From Chthoniobacterales bacterium (GTDB taxonomy: Bacteria; Verrucomicrobiota; Verrucomicrobiia; Chthoniobacterales; Chthoniobacteraceae), in NCBI GenBank assembly GCA_038207335.1, contig JBBQZX010000023.1, positions 1-64,000 on the forward strand: 64,000 nt of DNA, read 5' to 3'. Shown here piece by piece: positions 1 through 9,292 of this stretch (the stretch's first letter is position 1; each line of letters starts with the position of its first letter). The position numbers and the translations under genes are program-made. The notes beneath the pieces were generated by a model that saw only the letters and a program-made list of their open reading frames with translations, searched no databases and had not been told where the DNA came from.

Positions 1-497
1 GTCGTGTCGATCGCGTCGGCGGCTGCGGCTGGCAGGCGGCGCGAGGCGTCGTCGGCAAATGCAGCGAAGCTCGCGAGCGGCGTGGTGAAGGCGACCTGCG
101 TCGGCGCGCCACCGGCGTCCGTCACGGAAACCTGGCTCGCAAAGAACCCACTGTCGCGCGAGGCATTTCGCATTTGCCAAAACGAAGCGTGCGTGAGCGC
201 AAATGCCGCACAGGCCGCGAGGGCGACGATACCCGCCGCGCGCTGCCAGACGACTGGACCGCCACGATGATTCACGAGCTTCCGACGCTGCTCTCCGGTG
301 AGCCAGACGACTTGCGCCTGCGTCTCTTCGCCCTCGAAACCTTCCTCGAGCAATTGCCCGAATTCGATCATCTCGTAGATGTCGTTCCGGCACTCCTCGG
401 AGACGGCCAGCATCGACTCGATGTAGAGCCGCTCCTCCGGCGGCAACTCGTTGAGCGCGTAATCGGTTAGGTCTTGATCGCTGATTTTCCCTCTCAT
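1..497 (-). CDS. Putative membrane-bound anti-sigma factor (partial, runs off left edge; not in ORF track)
   Basis: Manual translation from ATG 497: MRGKISDQDLTDYALNELPPEERLYIESMLAVSEECRNDIYEM..., an anti-sigma-domain-like N-terminus, then TM segment AAGIVALAACAAFAL; starts 2 nt after the sigma stop. Confidence 0.7.
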   Translation of the reverse strand, partial: MRGKISDQDLTDYALNELPPEERLYIESMLAVSEECRNDIYEMIEFGQLLEEGFEGEETQAQVVWLTGEQRRKLVNHRGGPVVWQRAAGIVALAACAAFALTHASFWQMRNASRDSGFFASQVSVTDAGGAPTQVAFTTPLASFAAFADDASRRLPAAAADAIDT

Positions 498-499
498 TT

Positions 500-1102
500 T
501 CAGGCTGCTCCTTTTTTCAGGTAGATGATTTTTTCGTCCTTGTCGTCGCGCTCCATCTTGGTGCGGAGATTCCGCATGGCGGCGTTTAACAGGAAGCCGA
601 CATTGCCGACGCTGAGGCCGGTGATGTCGCTGATTTCCTGGTACGAATGGTGGTGGTGAAAGCGGAGGCGGACGACCTCCTGCTGGTTCTTGGGAAGTTC
701 TTTAACAAGTTGCATCAAGCGCGCGGTGCGCTCCTTGCGCTCAAGCTCCATGAGCGGCGTGAGCCCCTCACACCGCTTCTGCTCAAATTCGCTCGCCTCG
801 ATGTAAATGTAGCGGTCTTCCTTTTTGAGGGACTTCAGTGCACAATTCCGGCAGACGGTGAAAAGCCACTGCGAAAGGTGCCCCTCAATGTTCTCCTGCT
901 CCTGATTGTGCAGGCGCATGAAAGTCTCTTGCACGACATCCCGCGCGCGCTCGATCTCGCCGAGAATGCTCATCGCATACTGCAGGAGAGGGCGTTCGTA
1001 GCGCTCGAGAGCGGTGGAGACCCAGGCGGCTTTGCGTTTTTGTTTTCCGAACATGATGAGTGGGGGTTTGAAGAATTTCGACCTAGCTAACCCGTTTCGC
1101 AT
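500..1102 (-). CDS. ECF (sigma-70 family) RNA polymerase sigma factor
   Basis: Region 2 (ARDVVQETFMRL, WLFTVCRN) and region 4 (LPKNQQEVVRLRF...SYQEISDITGLSVGNVG); TAATG overlap with upstream gene; alternative start 1054. Confidence 0.9.
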   Translation of the reverse strand: MRNGLARSKFFKPPLIMFGKQKRKAAWVSTALERYERPLLQYAMSILGEIERARDVVQETFMRLHNQEQENIEGHLSQWLFTVCRNCALKSLKKEDRYIYIEASEFEQKRCEGLTPLMELERKERTARLMQLVKELPKNQQEVVRLRFHHHHSYQEISDITGLSVGNVGFLLNAAMRNLRTKMERDDKDEKIIYLKKGAA

Positions 1103-1788
1103 TATTTTGCTGGAAAAAAGTTACGGTTAGTTTCGGCGGACGCCGTCCCGGTGCTGGCGATTGGGTTGCGCTTCATGTCGCGGACGGCCTGCGCGAAGTC
1201 GTTCGAGTCGCGCCGCTCAACCGCTTCGCCGGCCTTGATGAAAAGCTCGAGCCACCGGCGCTGCATGAATTGCGGCGACCGGTCGAGCATCGCTTTCGCC
1301 CGCGCCACTTGGTCGTTCCAATTCCAAGCCTCGCCGACCGCGTCCTTCGGCGAATAGACGGTGACCCAGTTTTCATCGAGCGCATTGAAGGCTTTCGTGA
1401 CGATGAGCCCTCCGGTGCCGCGCTTCTCGGCTTTGTCGCGAAACGAGCCGATCGCCGCAACCTGCTGCCAAGTGTCGAGGTTCACTTCATTCGCGAGAGC
1501 GGAAAGATCTTCGTCGCTTACGGCAGCCGCTTTAACTTCGGCGAGCGCCTTGGCTTCGGCAGTTGCGCGAGTGTCGGTGGATTTGGGTGCATAGATTTTT
1601 TGAAACTCCGCGGGCAGGAGCGAAAACGCGACTTTGCGGTCGCCGGTGGCGGTCTTGATGATGACCTCGGCGGGCGCGACGATCTGCCCCTCGATGAGTG
1701 TGCCATCGGCGAGCCGGATGGTGTCGGCATGCACTGCGATCGTTCCGAGGGGAAACATGGTGACGGCAACGAGCGTGTGGAATTTCAT
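1102..1788 (-). CDS. Secreted hypothetical protein
   Basis: Signal peptide ending VHA, then DTIRLADGTLIEG beta motif; stop overlaps the sigma ATG. Confidence 0.75.
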   Translation of the reverse strand: MKFHTLVAVTMFPLGTIAVHADTIRLADGTLIEGQIVAPAEVIIKTATGDRKVAFSLLPAEFQKIYAPKSTDTRATAEAKALAEVKAAAVSDEDLSALANEVNLDTWQQVAAIGSFRDKAEKRGTGGLIVTKAFNALDENWVTVYSPKDAVGEAWNWNDQVARAKAMLDRSPQFMQRRWLELFIKAGEAVERRDSNDFAQAVRDMKRNPIASTGTASAETNRNFFPAK

Positions 1789-2028
1789 GTTGCGCCGACA
1801 ATCCGAGTCACGCGGATTTTATTTGGCGGTATTATCCACGATGCGCCGGGAAGTGGTTTGGATGCTTGATTCGCGAGCGATTGACGAATCCGAATCCGGG
1901 GAGCGCGCATCGAAAATCACGGCAGTCCAACTGCAAAAAACCCCTTCTAATTTCCCCGCTCCTCGACGATTGAATCCGTTCCAACGCGCGGCCATACGCG
2001 CGTTTTTTTCACCATTCAAATCATCCGC

Positions 2029-4401
2029 ATGAATCTCCGATCACCGCTGCTGCTCACCGCCATTTACACGCTCTCCGCGACGTTCGCCAATGCTGCGAAC
2101 AAATGGGAGGAAATGGATTACGGGCGCTTTTTGTCAGCGACATATCTCAATGCCGAGGGCAAGAGCACGCTCGATGGCAAAGGCTCGGTGACCAACAAAG
2201 GCATCGCAATCAAGCTCGGCAAAGCCGAAGGGCAGGACGCCGAGGGAACACTGCTTTTCGACACCGAACTGCTCCGCATGGCTGGCGGCTGGACGGGCGG
2301 CTGGATCAAATTGAAAGGTGTCACTTTCGATGGCGGACACGGCCCGAGCCCGAGCCCAAAGGAAGGCGTGGATATGGTTTTCCAGACGAATCCCGGACCC
2401 GGCTGGAGCAAAGGCACCGACTTCGCTGACCCGCGAAAACTGCCGACCGGACCCGGCGCGGCGAAAGTCCCATTCGGCCCGCTGCCAAAGGAGTGGGCGA
2501 AATACAAAGGCCTCTATCTCAGTGGCGACAACGTGGTTTTGGCTTACACGGTCGGCGGCGCGATGGTCATGGAAATGCCCGCGATCGAGACGGCGGGCGA
2601 CGCGAAATTGCTCTCACGCACTTTTAACGTCGTCGCGCCCGGAGCACCGTCGAATCTGCTCATCGCGGATGGCGTGGAGGGCACAATAGCGACGGCGGAA
2701 GGAGATCACGCGATCGTCAGCGACGATGCGAAAAACCCGGACGCGCGCCTCGTCATCGGCGTCATCGGCGCGCCCGCTGGCGCGAAATTCGTGGCGGACG
2801 GATCGCGCGTTTTGCTGCAACTACCGGCCTTCGCAGCCGGTCAACAGTTCAAGGTCGTGTTTGCAAAAGGCCCGCAGGCCGACGCCGGGAAGCTCGCCAG
2901 CGCGATCAAGGGCGCGAGCAAACCGGTCGATCTCAAGCAATTCACCAAAGGCGGCGCGCCTCACTGGCCGGAGGTCGCGAAGACTACGGGGTCGCTCGGC
3001 ACGGATGACAAAGGCGCGTATGTCGTGGACACGCTGACCGTGCCTTTCGACAACGCCTACAAGTCATGGTTTCGCATCGCTGGGCTCGACTTTTTCAAGG
3101 ACGGGCGCATGGCAGTCAGCACATGGAGCGGCGACGTTTGGATCGTCTCGGGCGTCGATGCGAAGCTGGAAAATTTGCAGTGGAAACGTTACGCGAGCGG
3201 ACTGTTTCAGGCGCTCGGCTTGAAGATCGTCGATGACCAAATCTACGTCCTCGGGCGCGACCAGATCACGCGACTGCATGATCTCAATGGCGACGGTGAG
3301 GCCGACCTTTACGAGAACTTCAACAACGACGTGCAGGTCACGCCCGGCTTCCACGAGTTCACATTCGATCTCGAGACCGATCCCGAGGGGAATTTCTACT
3401 TCACAAAAGGCGGGCCGGTGAATCCTGGCGGACGCGGCTGGGGTCCTCTCAGCGACCACAACGGTTGCGTCTTCAAGGTTTCGAAGGACGGCCAGAAATT
3501 CGAGGTCTTCGCTGCCGGCATCCGCGCTCCGAATGGCATGGGCGTCGGCCCGAACGGCGAGATCACACTCGGCGACAATCAGGGCACCTGGGTTCCTGTC
3601 GATTACATCCACTACGCGAAAAAAGGTGAGTTCGTCGAAGTGCCCGACCTTTCTCACATCGACCCACCGCCGACCTCGCACGCGCCCCATCTCTGCTGGA
3701 TTCCCTACGACTGGGACAACTCCTGCGGCGCGCACATCTGGGAGATGAGCGACAAATGGGGCCCGCTCAAAGGCCAGCTCTTGTATCTGTCCTACGGGAA
3801 AAGCTCACTCTTCGAGGTGCTCCAAGAGCGCGTCGGCGACCTGATGCAGGGCGCGGTCGTGAAGTTCCCGCTGAAGTTCGACACCGGCACGATGCGCGCG
3901 CGCTTCAGCCCGATCGACGGGCAGCTCTACGTCGCCGGGCTCAAAGGCTGGCAGACCAATGGCGCGAAAGACGCTGCCGTGCAGCGCGTGCGCTACACCG
4001 GGAAGCCCGTCTGCATGCAGAATGCGATCCACATCACGGACAAAGGAATCCACGTCGGTTTCACGAGCCCGCTCGACCCTGCCGCCGCAGGGGACAAAGA
4101 AAACTACGCACTGCAGGTGAGCAACTACCGTTGGACCTCCGATTACGGCTCGGCAGAGTACAAGCCGAGCGACCCGATGCAGAAAGGCCGCGACGACCTC
4201 ACGATCACCGGGGTGAAGGTCAGCGACGACAAAAAGAGCGTGCTGATCGAAGTCGAGGGGCTGATGCCGGTCGATCAGTATCGGCTCAAAATGAACATCA
4301 AGTCCGCCGACGGCAGTGAAGTGCCAGCCGATGTCGGAGGGACGATCAACGTCGTCGCAACGGAATCGAAGCCCGGCGAAACCTACTCCGCGCTGCGCTG
4401 A
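2029..4401 (+). CDS. Secreted DUF6797-like / glucose-sorbosone-dehydrogenase-type beta-propeller protein (PVC-type)
   Basis: Signal peptide; MDYGRFLSAT N-terminus; GLDFFKDGRMAV, LHDLNGDGEAD, GIRAPNGMG, DNQGTW motifs; no CxxCH. Confidence 0.7.
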   Translation: MNLRSPLLLTAIYTLSATFANAANKWEEMDYGRFLSATYLNAEGKSTLDGKGSVTNKGIAIKLGKAEGQDAEGTLLFDTELLRMAGGWTGGWIKLKGVTFDGGHGPSPSPKEGVDMVFQTNPGPGWSKGTDFADPRKLPTGPGAAKVPFGPLPKEWAKYKGLYLSGDNVVLAYTVGGAMVMEMPAIETAGDAKLLSRTFNVVAPGAPSNLLIADGVEGTIATAEGDHAIVSDDAKNPDARLVIGVIGAPAGAKFVADGSRVLLQLPAFAAGQQFKVVFAKGPQADAGKLASAIKGASKPVDLKQFTKGGAPHWPEVAKTTGSLGTDDKGAYVVDTLTVPFDNAYKSWFRIAGLDFFKDGRMAVSTWSGDVWIVSGVDAKLENLQWKRYASGLFQALGLKIVDDQIYVLGRDQITRLHDLNGDGEADLYENFNNDVQVTPGFHEFTFDLETDPEGNFYFTKGGPVNPGGRGWGPLSDHNGCVFKVSKDGQKFEVFAAGIRAPNGMGVGPNGEITLGDNQGTWVPVDYIHYAKKGEFVEVPDLSHIDPPPTSHAPHLCWIPYDWDNSCGAHIWEMSDKWGPLKGQLLYLSYGKSSLFEVLQERVGDLMQGAVVKFPLKFDTGTMRARFSPIDGQLYVAGLKGWQTNGAKDAAVQRVRYTGKPVCMQNAIHITDKGIHVGFTSPLDPAAAGDKENYALQVSNYRWTSDYGSAEYKPSDPMQKGRDDLTITGVKVSDDKKSVLIEVEGLMPVDQYRLKMNIKSADGSEVPADVGGTINVVATESKPGETYSALR

Positions 4402-4716
4402 GTCGCGGCTGAAGGTGTTTTGAAAGAAGCTCCGACCGCGTGGGCGCAGCTTTATTTACGCTCGGTCCTTTTTGAGTGCTCGCACCGGCGAACGTGCGGG
4501 TGGCGCACCCTTCCCGCGTGCCGGTCATGTCGTGCCGACACGACGGACTTTTCAAACTGCGCGACGTCACGGCACACTCATCTCCCGACGATCGAGCGGT
4601 TTAAAAGTTCGTTTCAGCGGCGCCGAAACCAGCACTCTGGACTAGCGGGCTCCCCAGCAGCAAGCGGGACGAGTGCGCTTTCCGGAACATCTGTGGACGC
4701 GTGCCGCGCCCGCGGC

Positions 4717-4794
4717 TCACCAGAGGCCGATGAGCTTCAGGACGACGACGACGACGACGATGACTCCGATGATGTAGAAGATACTGTTATTCAT
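4717..4794 (-). CDS. 25-aa single-TM microprotein MNNSIFYIIGVIVVVVVVLKLIGLW
   Basis: ATG 4794 to TGA 4717; fully hydrophobic helix; C-ending codons (ATC, GTC); A/C-rich leader like other genes in the window. Confidence 0.7.
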   Translation of the reverse strand: MNNSIFYIIGVIVVVVVVLKLIGLW

Positions 4795-4854
4795 GTGTTG
4801 GGTGGTTTTCCAACCCCACATCGCGCGTGCCATGTAAAACACGCGTATCGGGCG

Positions 4855-4887
4855 AAAAAAAGGCCGCGCCGGAAACCGGCGCGGCCT
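4855..4887 (-). terminator. Rho-independent terminator downstream of nrdJ
   Basis: Perfect 12-bp stem AGGCCGCGCCGG-aaa-CCGGCGCGGCCT with A-run on + strand (U-tract on minus). Confidence 0.85.
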
Positions 4888-4975
4888 GTGAAGGAGTCTG
4901 GAAATTTAATCTGCGAGGATCGGGCCGATGTCGCGCGGGTCTTCGCTGGTGGTTGGTTTCGTGGTCATTTCGAGT

Positions 4976-7900
4976 CTAGCTGCAGCCTTGGCTCGTGCCG
5001 CATTCCGTGCAGCAGCCGCACGCCCCGGCGCGAATCACTTTGCTGCTGCCGCAGTTCGAGCAGGTGATATCCATAAACATGTTTCCGAGGGCGGTCTGGA
5101 CTTGGTCGTAGTGGGTCTTCGTGGGGAGGATGAGGTGCGGCTGGCCTTCGCTGCTGCCCTGGTGACCGACGATGTCGATGACGTCGCCACTTTCGCGCTG
5201 GAGGTCGGAGACGGGGCGGTTGATGGAGCGTTTGTCGATTTCGGCGAGTTCGCGCATGGGGAGGTCGCTCTGGCCTTTGTGGGGCGAGGTGGCTTCTTTG
5301 TAGCCTTTGATGAATTGGCAGCCGAGCCAGCGGAAGACGTAGTCGGTGATGCTGGTGGCGTTGCGAATGTCGGGGTTCTTCGTGAAGCCGGAAGGCTCGA
5401 AGCGCTGGTAGGCGAACTTTTTCACTAAGCTCTGGAGCGGCACGCCATACTGGAGCGAGATGCTGGTGAGGGTGGCGACGGTGTCCATGAGGCCGCCGAT
5501 GGTGCTGCCTTCTTTGTTCATCTGGATGAAGAGCTCGCCGGGCTGGCCGTCCTCGAAAAGGCCGACGGTGAGGTAGCCTTTGTGGCCGGCGATTTCGAAG
5601 GTGTGGTTGACGGCGACGCGGGTGTCGGGCATGCGGTTGCGGACGGGTTGGCCGGACTGGGCCCGGAGCGCGGAGACTTCCTGGTCGAGGGCGAGGATGC
5701 GGGACTCGAGCTCTTCCTTGCTCGAGAGCGCGGCGCCGGCGTCGGAGACGGTGCCGTTGGCGCTCGGGGCGCTGGCCACTTCGCCGCCCATGTCTTTGGT
5801 CTTCTTGACGTTGAGCGGGGCGCTGCGTTTCGAGCCGTCGCGGTAGATGGCGATGGCTTTGAGGCCGAGCTTCCAGCCTTCGACGTAGGTGTTGACGATG
5901 TCGTCCACGGTGGCGGTCTCGGGAAGATTGACGGTCTTGGAGATCGCACCGCTGAGGAACGGCTGGGCCGCCGCCATCATGCGGATGTGGCCGCGATAAT
6001 GGAGGCTGCGCGTGCCGCGGTGAGGCTTGAAGGCGCAGTCGAAGACGGGGAGGTGCTCTTCTTTCAAGCCGCTCTGGATAACGGTGCCGGTCTGCTCGTC
6101 CTGCACGTCCTCGAGGGTGTCGTATTTGTCGATGTGCTGGACGATGCGCTCGATGTCGTCGGCCCCATAGCCGAGGTTTTGCAGCGCCGGCTTCACCGTC
6201 TGGTTCACGATTTTCAGCATCCCGCCGCCGGCGAGCAACTTGTATTTCACGAGCGCGATGTCGGGCTCGATCCCCGTCGTGTCGCAGTCCATGAGGAAGC
6301 CGATCGTCCCGGTCGGAGCGAGCACAGTGACCTGCGCGTTGCGATATCCGTGCTTTTTGCCGAGCGAAAGCGCGCCGTCCCACACACGCTGTGCCTCCTC
6401 TTTCAAGAACCCGAACCGCTCGCTCGCCTGAATGTCGGCGACGTGTTTGCGGTGCAACTCGATGACTTCGAGCATCGGCGCGACGTTGTCTTTCGTGACC
6501 GGCTTCTCGACGCCGCTGCACCGCGCATCGCGGTATCCGGCGAACGGCCCCATCGCCTTCGCGAGCTTCGCGCTCTGCTCGTACGCGTGGCCCGTCATGA
6601 TCGCCGTGATCGCCCCCGCGAGCGCCCGACCCTCGTCACTGTCGTAGCCGAGCCCGTAGCTCATGATGAGCGCGCCGAGGTTTGCATATCCGAGCCCGAG
6701 CGTGCGGAAGATGTGCGAATTTTCCGCGATCTCCTTGATCGGATAACTCGCGTTATCGACGAGGATTTCCTGCGCCGTGATGTAGATGCGCACCGCCGCC
6801 TTGAACCGCTCCACGTCGAACGCGCCGTCCGGCTTCTTGAATTTCAGCAGATTCAGCGACGCGAGATTGCACGCCGTGTTGTCGAGGAAAAGATACTCGC
6901 TGCACGGGTTCGTGGAGTTCTGCCGCGCCGTGCCTTTGCACGTGTGCCACTGGTCGATCGTCGTGTCGAACTGCATCCCCGGATCGCCGCAAACATGCGT
7001 GCCTTCCGCGATCTTCCGCAGCAGCGCCGACGCCTGCTTTTTCTCGCAAGGCTCGCCATCCGTCACGCGCTTCGTCCACCACTCGCGCCCCTCGATCGCC
7101 GCCTGCATGAACTCATCGCTCACGCGCACCGACAGGTTTTCATTCTGGTACATGATCGACCCGTAAGCCTCGCCATTGTAGCTGCCATCATAGCCCTGCT
7201 CCATCAGCGCCCACGCCTTCTTCTCCTCCTTCGTCTTGGCCTCGATGAATTCCTCGATGTCCGGATGCCAGTCCTTCAGCGTATTCATCTTAGCCGCGCG
7301 CCGCGTCTTCCCGCCGGACTTCACGACATTCGCGACTTGGTCATACACTTTCAGAAAACTCAGCGGTCCGCTCGGCTTCCCGCCGCCGCTCAGCTTCTCG
7401 CGCGTGCTCCGCAGCGTCGAAAGATCGCTCCCCGTGCCGCTGCCATATTTGAAAAGCATGGCCTCGGACATCGCGAGCCGCATGATGTCCTCCATCGTGT
7501 CATTCACCGACTGGATGAAGCAGGCGCTGCCCTGCGGATACTCGTACTGCGTCGGCGCGCGCCGCGCGAGACCGAGCGTGTGGTCGTAAAAATAGTTCCC
7601 CTCTCCGCGATCCTTGCCCGTTCCGTACTGGTGATGCAGGCCGACATTGAACCACACCGGCGAGTTGAACGCGCCGTGCTGGTTCACGCACAACCACGTC
7701 AGTTCGTTGTAGAAAGTCTCGGCGCTTTCGGCATCCGCGAAATATCCGTCGGCGATGCCCCAGTCGCTGATCGTGCGCGTCACGCGATGCACGAGTTGCT
7801 TCACCGAGCGCTCGCGCCCGCCGTTTTTGTACGGATCATTTCCGTGCGCGATGTCGCCGTAGAAATACTTCGAGACCGCGATCTTCGTCGCGAGCGGCGA

Positions 7901-8119
7901 CCACGATTTAGGCACCTCGATATTCTCCTGCTTGAAAATCGCCTTCCCCGAGTCATCGGTGATTTCCGCCGTGCGCTGCTCCCATTCGAGCTCGTCGAAA
8001 GGCGCGACAGTTTTCTGGCTGAAGACGCGGTCGAATTTCAGGCCTGTGTTTTTGGGACGCCGGGAATCGGCAATTTTGACGCGCGGAGCGCTGCTGGCAG
8101 TGATGGATTGAGAGACCAT
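4976..8119 (-). CDS. nrdJ: Vitamin B12-dependent (class II) ribonucleotide reductase with C-terminal TSCPD/Zn-ribbon region
   Basis: FNSPVWFN, SACFI, TNPCSE, CNLASLNL, APTGTI, SGAISKTVNLP, YRDGSK; C-terminal CSNC...CTECGTSQGCS; start set at MVSQS (8119). Confidence 0.95.
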   Translation of the reverse strand: MVSQSITASSAPRVKIADSRRPKNTGLKFDRVFSQKTVAPFDELEWEQRTAEITDDSGKAIFKQENIEVPKSWSPLATKIAVSKYFYGDIAHGNDPYKNGGRERSVKQLVHRVTRTISDWGIADGYFADAESAETFYNELTWLCVNQHGAFNSPVWFNVGLHHQYGTGKDRGEGNYFYDHTLGLARRAPTQYEYPQGSACFIQSVNDTMEDIMRLAMSEAMLFKYGSGTGSDLSTLRSTREKLSGGGKPSGPLSFLKVYDQVANVVKSGGKTRRAAKMNTLKDWHPDIEEFIEAKTKEEKKAWALMEQGYDGSYNGEAYGSIMYQNENLSVRVSDEFMQAAIEGREWWTKRVTDGEPCEKKQASALLRKIAEGTHVCGDPGMQFDTTIDQWHTCKGTARQNSTNPCSEYLFLDNTACNLASLNLLKFKKPDGAFDVERFKAAVRIYITAQEILVDNASYPIKEIAENSHIFRTLGLGYANLGALIMSYGLGYDSDEGRALAGAITAIMTGHAYEQSAKLAKAMGPFAGYRDARCSGVEKPVTKDNVAPMLEVIELHRKHVADIQASERFGFLKEEAQRVWDGALSLGKKHGYRNAQVTVLAPTGTIGFLMDCDTTGIEPDIALVKYKLLAGGGMLKIVNQTVKPALQNLGYGADDIERIVQHIDKYDTLEDVQDEQTGTVIQSGLKEEHLPVFDCAFKPHRGTRSLHYRGHIRMMAAAQPFLSGAISKTVNLPETATVDDIVNTYVEGWKLGLKAIAIYRDGSKRSAPLNVKKTKDMGGEVASAPSANGTVSDAGAALSSKEELESRILALDQEVSALRAQSGQPVRNRMPDTRVAVNHTFEIAGHKGYLTVGLFEDGQPGELFIQMNKEGSTIGGLMDTVATLTSISLQYGVPLQSLVKKFAYQRFEPSGFTKNPDIRNATSITDYVFRWLGCQFIKGYKEATSPHKGQSDLPMRELAEIDKRSINRPVSDLQRESGDVIDIVGHQGSSEGQPHLILPTKTHYDQVQTALGNMFMDITCSNCGSSKVIRAGACGCCTECGTSQGCS

Positions 8120-8128
8120 GAGACGATT

Positions 8129-8181
8129 TGTGGATAACTTGGGCATAACGCTGGGGAGTTGAACCAACAGCTTGTGGATAA
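8129..8181 (-). promoter_or_regulatory. Two perfect DnaA boxes (TTATCCACA) at 8129-8137 and 8173-8181
   Basis: TGTGGATAA read twice on + strand, 10 and 54 nt upstream of the nrdJ start. Confidence 0.7.
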
Positions 8182-8245
8182 CCGGTGAATTCCACCTGAA
8201 TTCGCGCCTCGCATCCACTCCCTGTTGGGGTGATTCGCGATGGAA

Positions 8246-8261
8246 CCACAACATCTGGTGG
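8246..8261. promoter_or_regulatory. Putative NrdR box
   Basis: ccaCAAcATcTgGtgg matches acaCwAtATaTwGtgt at 11/16, upstream of an RNR gene; weaker copy 31 bp away at 8215-8230. Confidence 0.6.
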
Positions 8262-8647
8262 GTTGGAAAGAAAAATCTCCCATTTGTTAGAAGATATTTT
8301 TGGGCGGAAAGTGCCCATGTGGAACGCTGATAACCGCTCATTTCCGGCGATAACCAGCGTGGAAACCTGCGGCTGCCTCTGCCGCTCGGAGCGCGGCGCT
8401 GCGGAACTACCACGCCACGCTCGTTCCGCGAGTCACGGACATCGAAGCCAGCGCGACAAGCCGCGAAGAAAACCGGAAATCACCGCGGAATAACAGCGCC
8501 CGGCAGTTCCGAGCGTTCTTTTTTCAACGTCGCACCCGCGCTTCTGCCAATCGCCTCTAGGATGCCCACGGCTTCACTTCTTCACTTCGTGACTCAAAGT
8601 CTGCGTGCTCCCCGCCGCGGCGCTTCGCTCTGCCGCCGCACTCCAAA

Positions 8648-9223
8648 TCAACTCTCTCCGACCGCGCTCCGAGGCTGGGCCGCGATGCGGTGCGCGCCAC
8701 GGGTGGTGGAGGCGTTTACGATTTCAACGCGAGTGCCGACGGGGATGTTGTCGAAGACGCGGACGATGTCTCGAGAACGCATCCGAATGCAGCCGTAACT
8801 CGCTGGACGTCCGATCTTTCGCTCGACCGGCGTGCCGTGGATGTAGATGCCACGATCATACGCGCGAGCGTTGCCGGCTTCGAGTCCGCGAAGGCGCAGG
8901 ATGCGCGTGACGATCGGGTCGCGCCCGGCGGCGTTTGGGCGGAGGACTTCGCCGGTAGGACGGCAACCTTTGAAGACCGCACCCGACGGCGCGCCGGCCC
9001 CGATTTTATCGGCTACCGTGAGTGTGCCGAGCGGAGTGGCGTAGCTGCGCGGACGGTCGCCGAGGCCGAATCGGGAGGTGGAGACAGGAAATTGCGCGAT
9101 GCAGGTATTGTGGTCGAAGATGCTGAGCTTCTGCTGCGGCACGCTGATGATGATGCTGCGCTCCGCGTGGACGTGGGGCGCTGAGGCGATGGCGGCTGCG
9201 AGCAGAAGGAAGCGCGGGATCAT
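8648..9223 (-). CDS. L,D-transpeptidase (YkuD family)
   Basis: Signal peptide; IYIHGT...ASYGCIRM; TPLG motif. Confidence 0.9.
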   Translation of the reverse strand: MIPRFLLLAAAIASAPHVHAERSIIISVPQQKLSIFDHNTCIAQFPVSTSRFGLGDRPRSYATPLGTLTVADKIGAGAPSGAVFKGCRPTGEVLRPNAAGRDPIVTRILRLRGLEAGNARAYDRGIYIHGTPVERKIGRPASYGCIRMRSRDIVRVFDNIPVGTRVEIVNASTTRGAHRIAAQPRSAVGES

Positions 9224-9235
9224 GCCGGAGCATTT

Positions 9236-9251
9236 AGCATCGCGGATGCCA
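9236..9251 (-). promoter_or_regulatory. Putative sigma-54 -24/-12 promoter
   Basis: TGGCATCCGCGATGCT (GG-N10-GC) just upstream of ATG 9223. Confidence 0.5.
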
Positions 9252-9292
9252 CGGGCTACCGGACCTCTGAGCGGGAGACAATCCCGAGCGCG

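Noticed and set aside
1832..1840. Isolated one-mismatch DnaA-like boxes (1832, 26776)
   Set aside because: Single imperfect copies are expected by chance
4420..5067. 215-aa ORF with a poly-Asp tract / (GAC)n microsatellite
   Set aside because: Better explained as the antisense of the Val run in the 25-aa minus-strand peptide; it also crosses a terminator
5582..8137. 851-aa plus-strand ORF and other long ORFs antisense to or overlapping known genes (e.g. 44331-46157, 45785-47539, 51962-53635, 54627-56285)
   Set aside because: Shadow frames of well-supported genes in GC-rich DNA; no recognisable motifs
8120..8413. Long N-terminal extensions given by the ORF track (nrdJ, histidine kinase, serS, tilS, typA, NUDIX, GT4)
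   Set aside because: They precede the conserved N-termini and overlap promoters or neighbouring genes; downstream starts were chosen
8120..8640. Cobalamin riboswitch or oriC upstream of nrdJ
   Set aside because: No B12-box consensus recognised; only two perfect DnaA boxes, no clear AT-rich unwinding element and no dnaA/dnaN nearby
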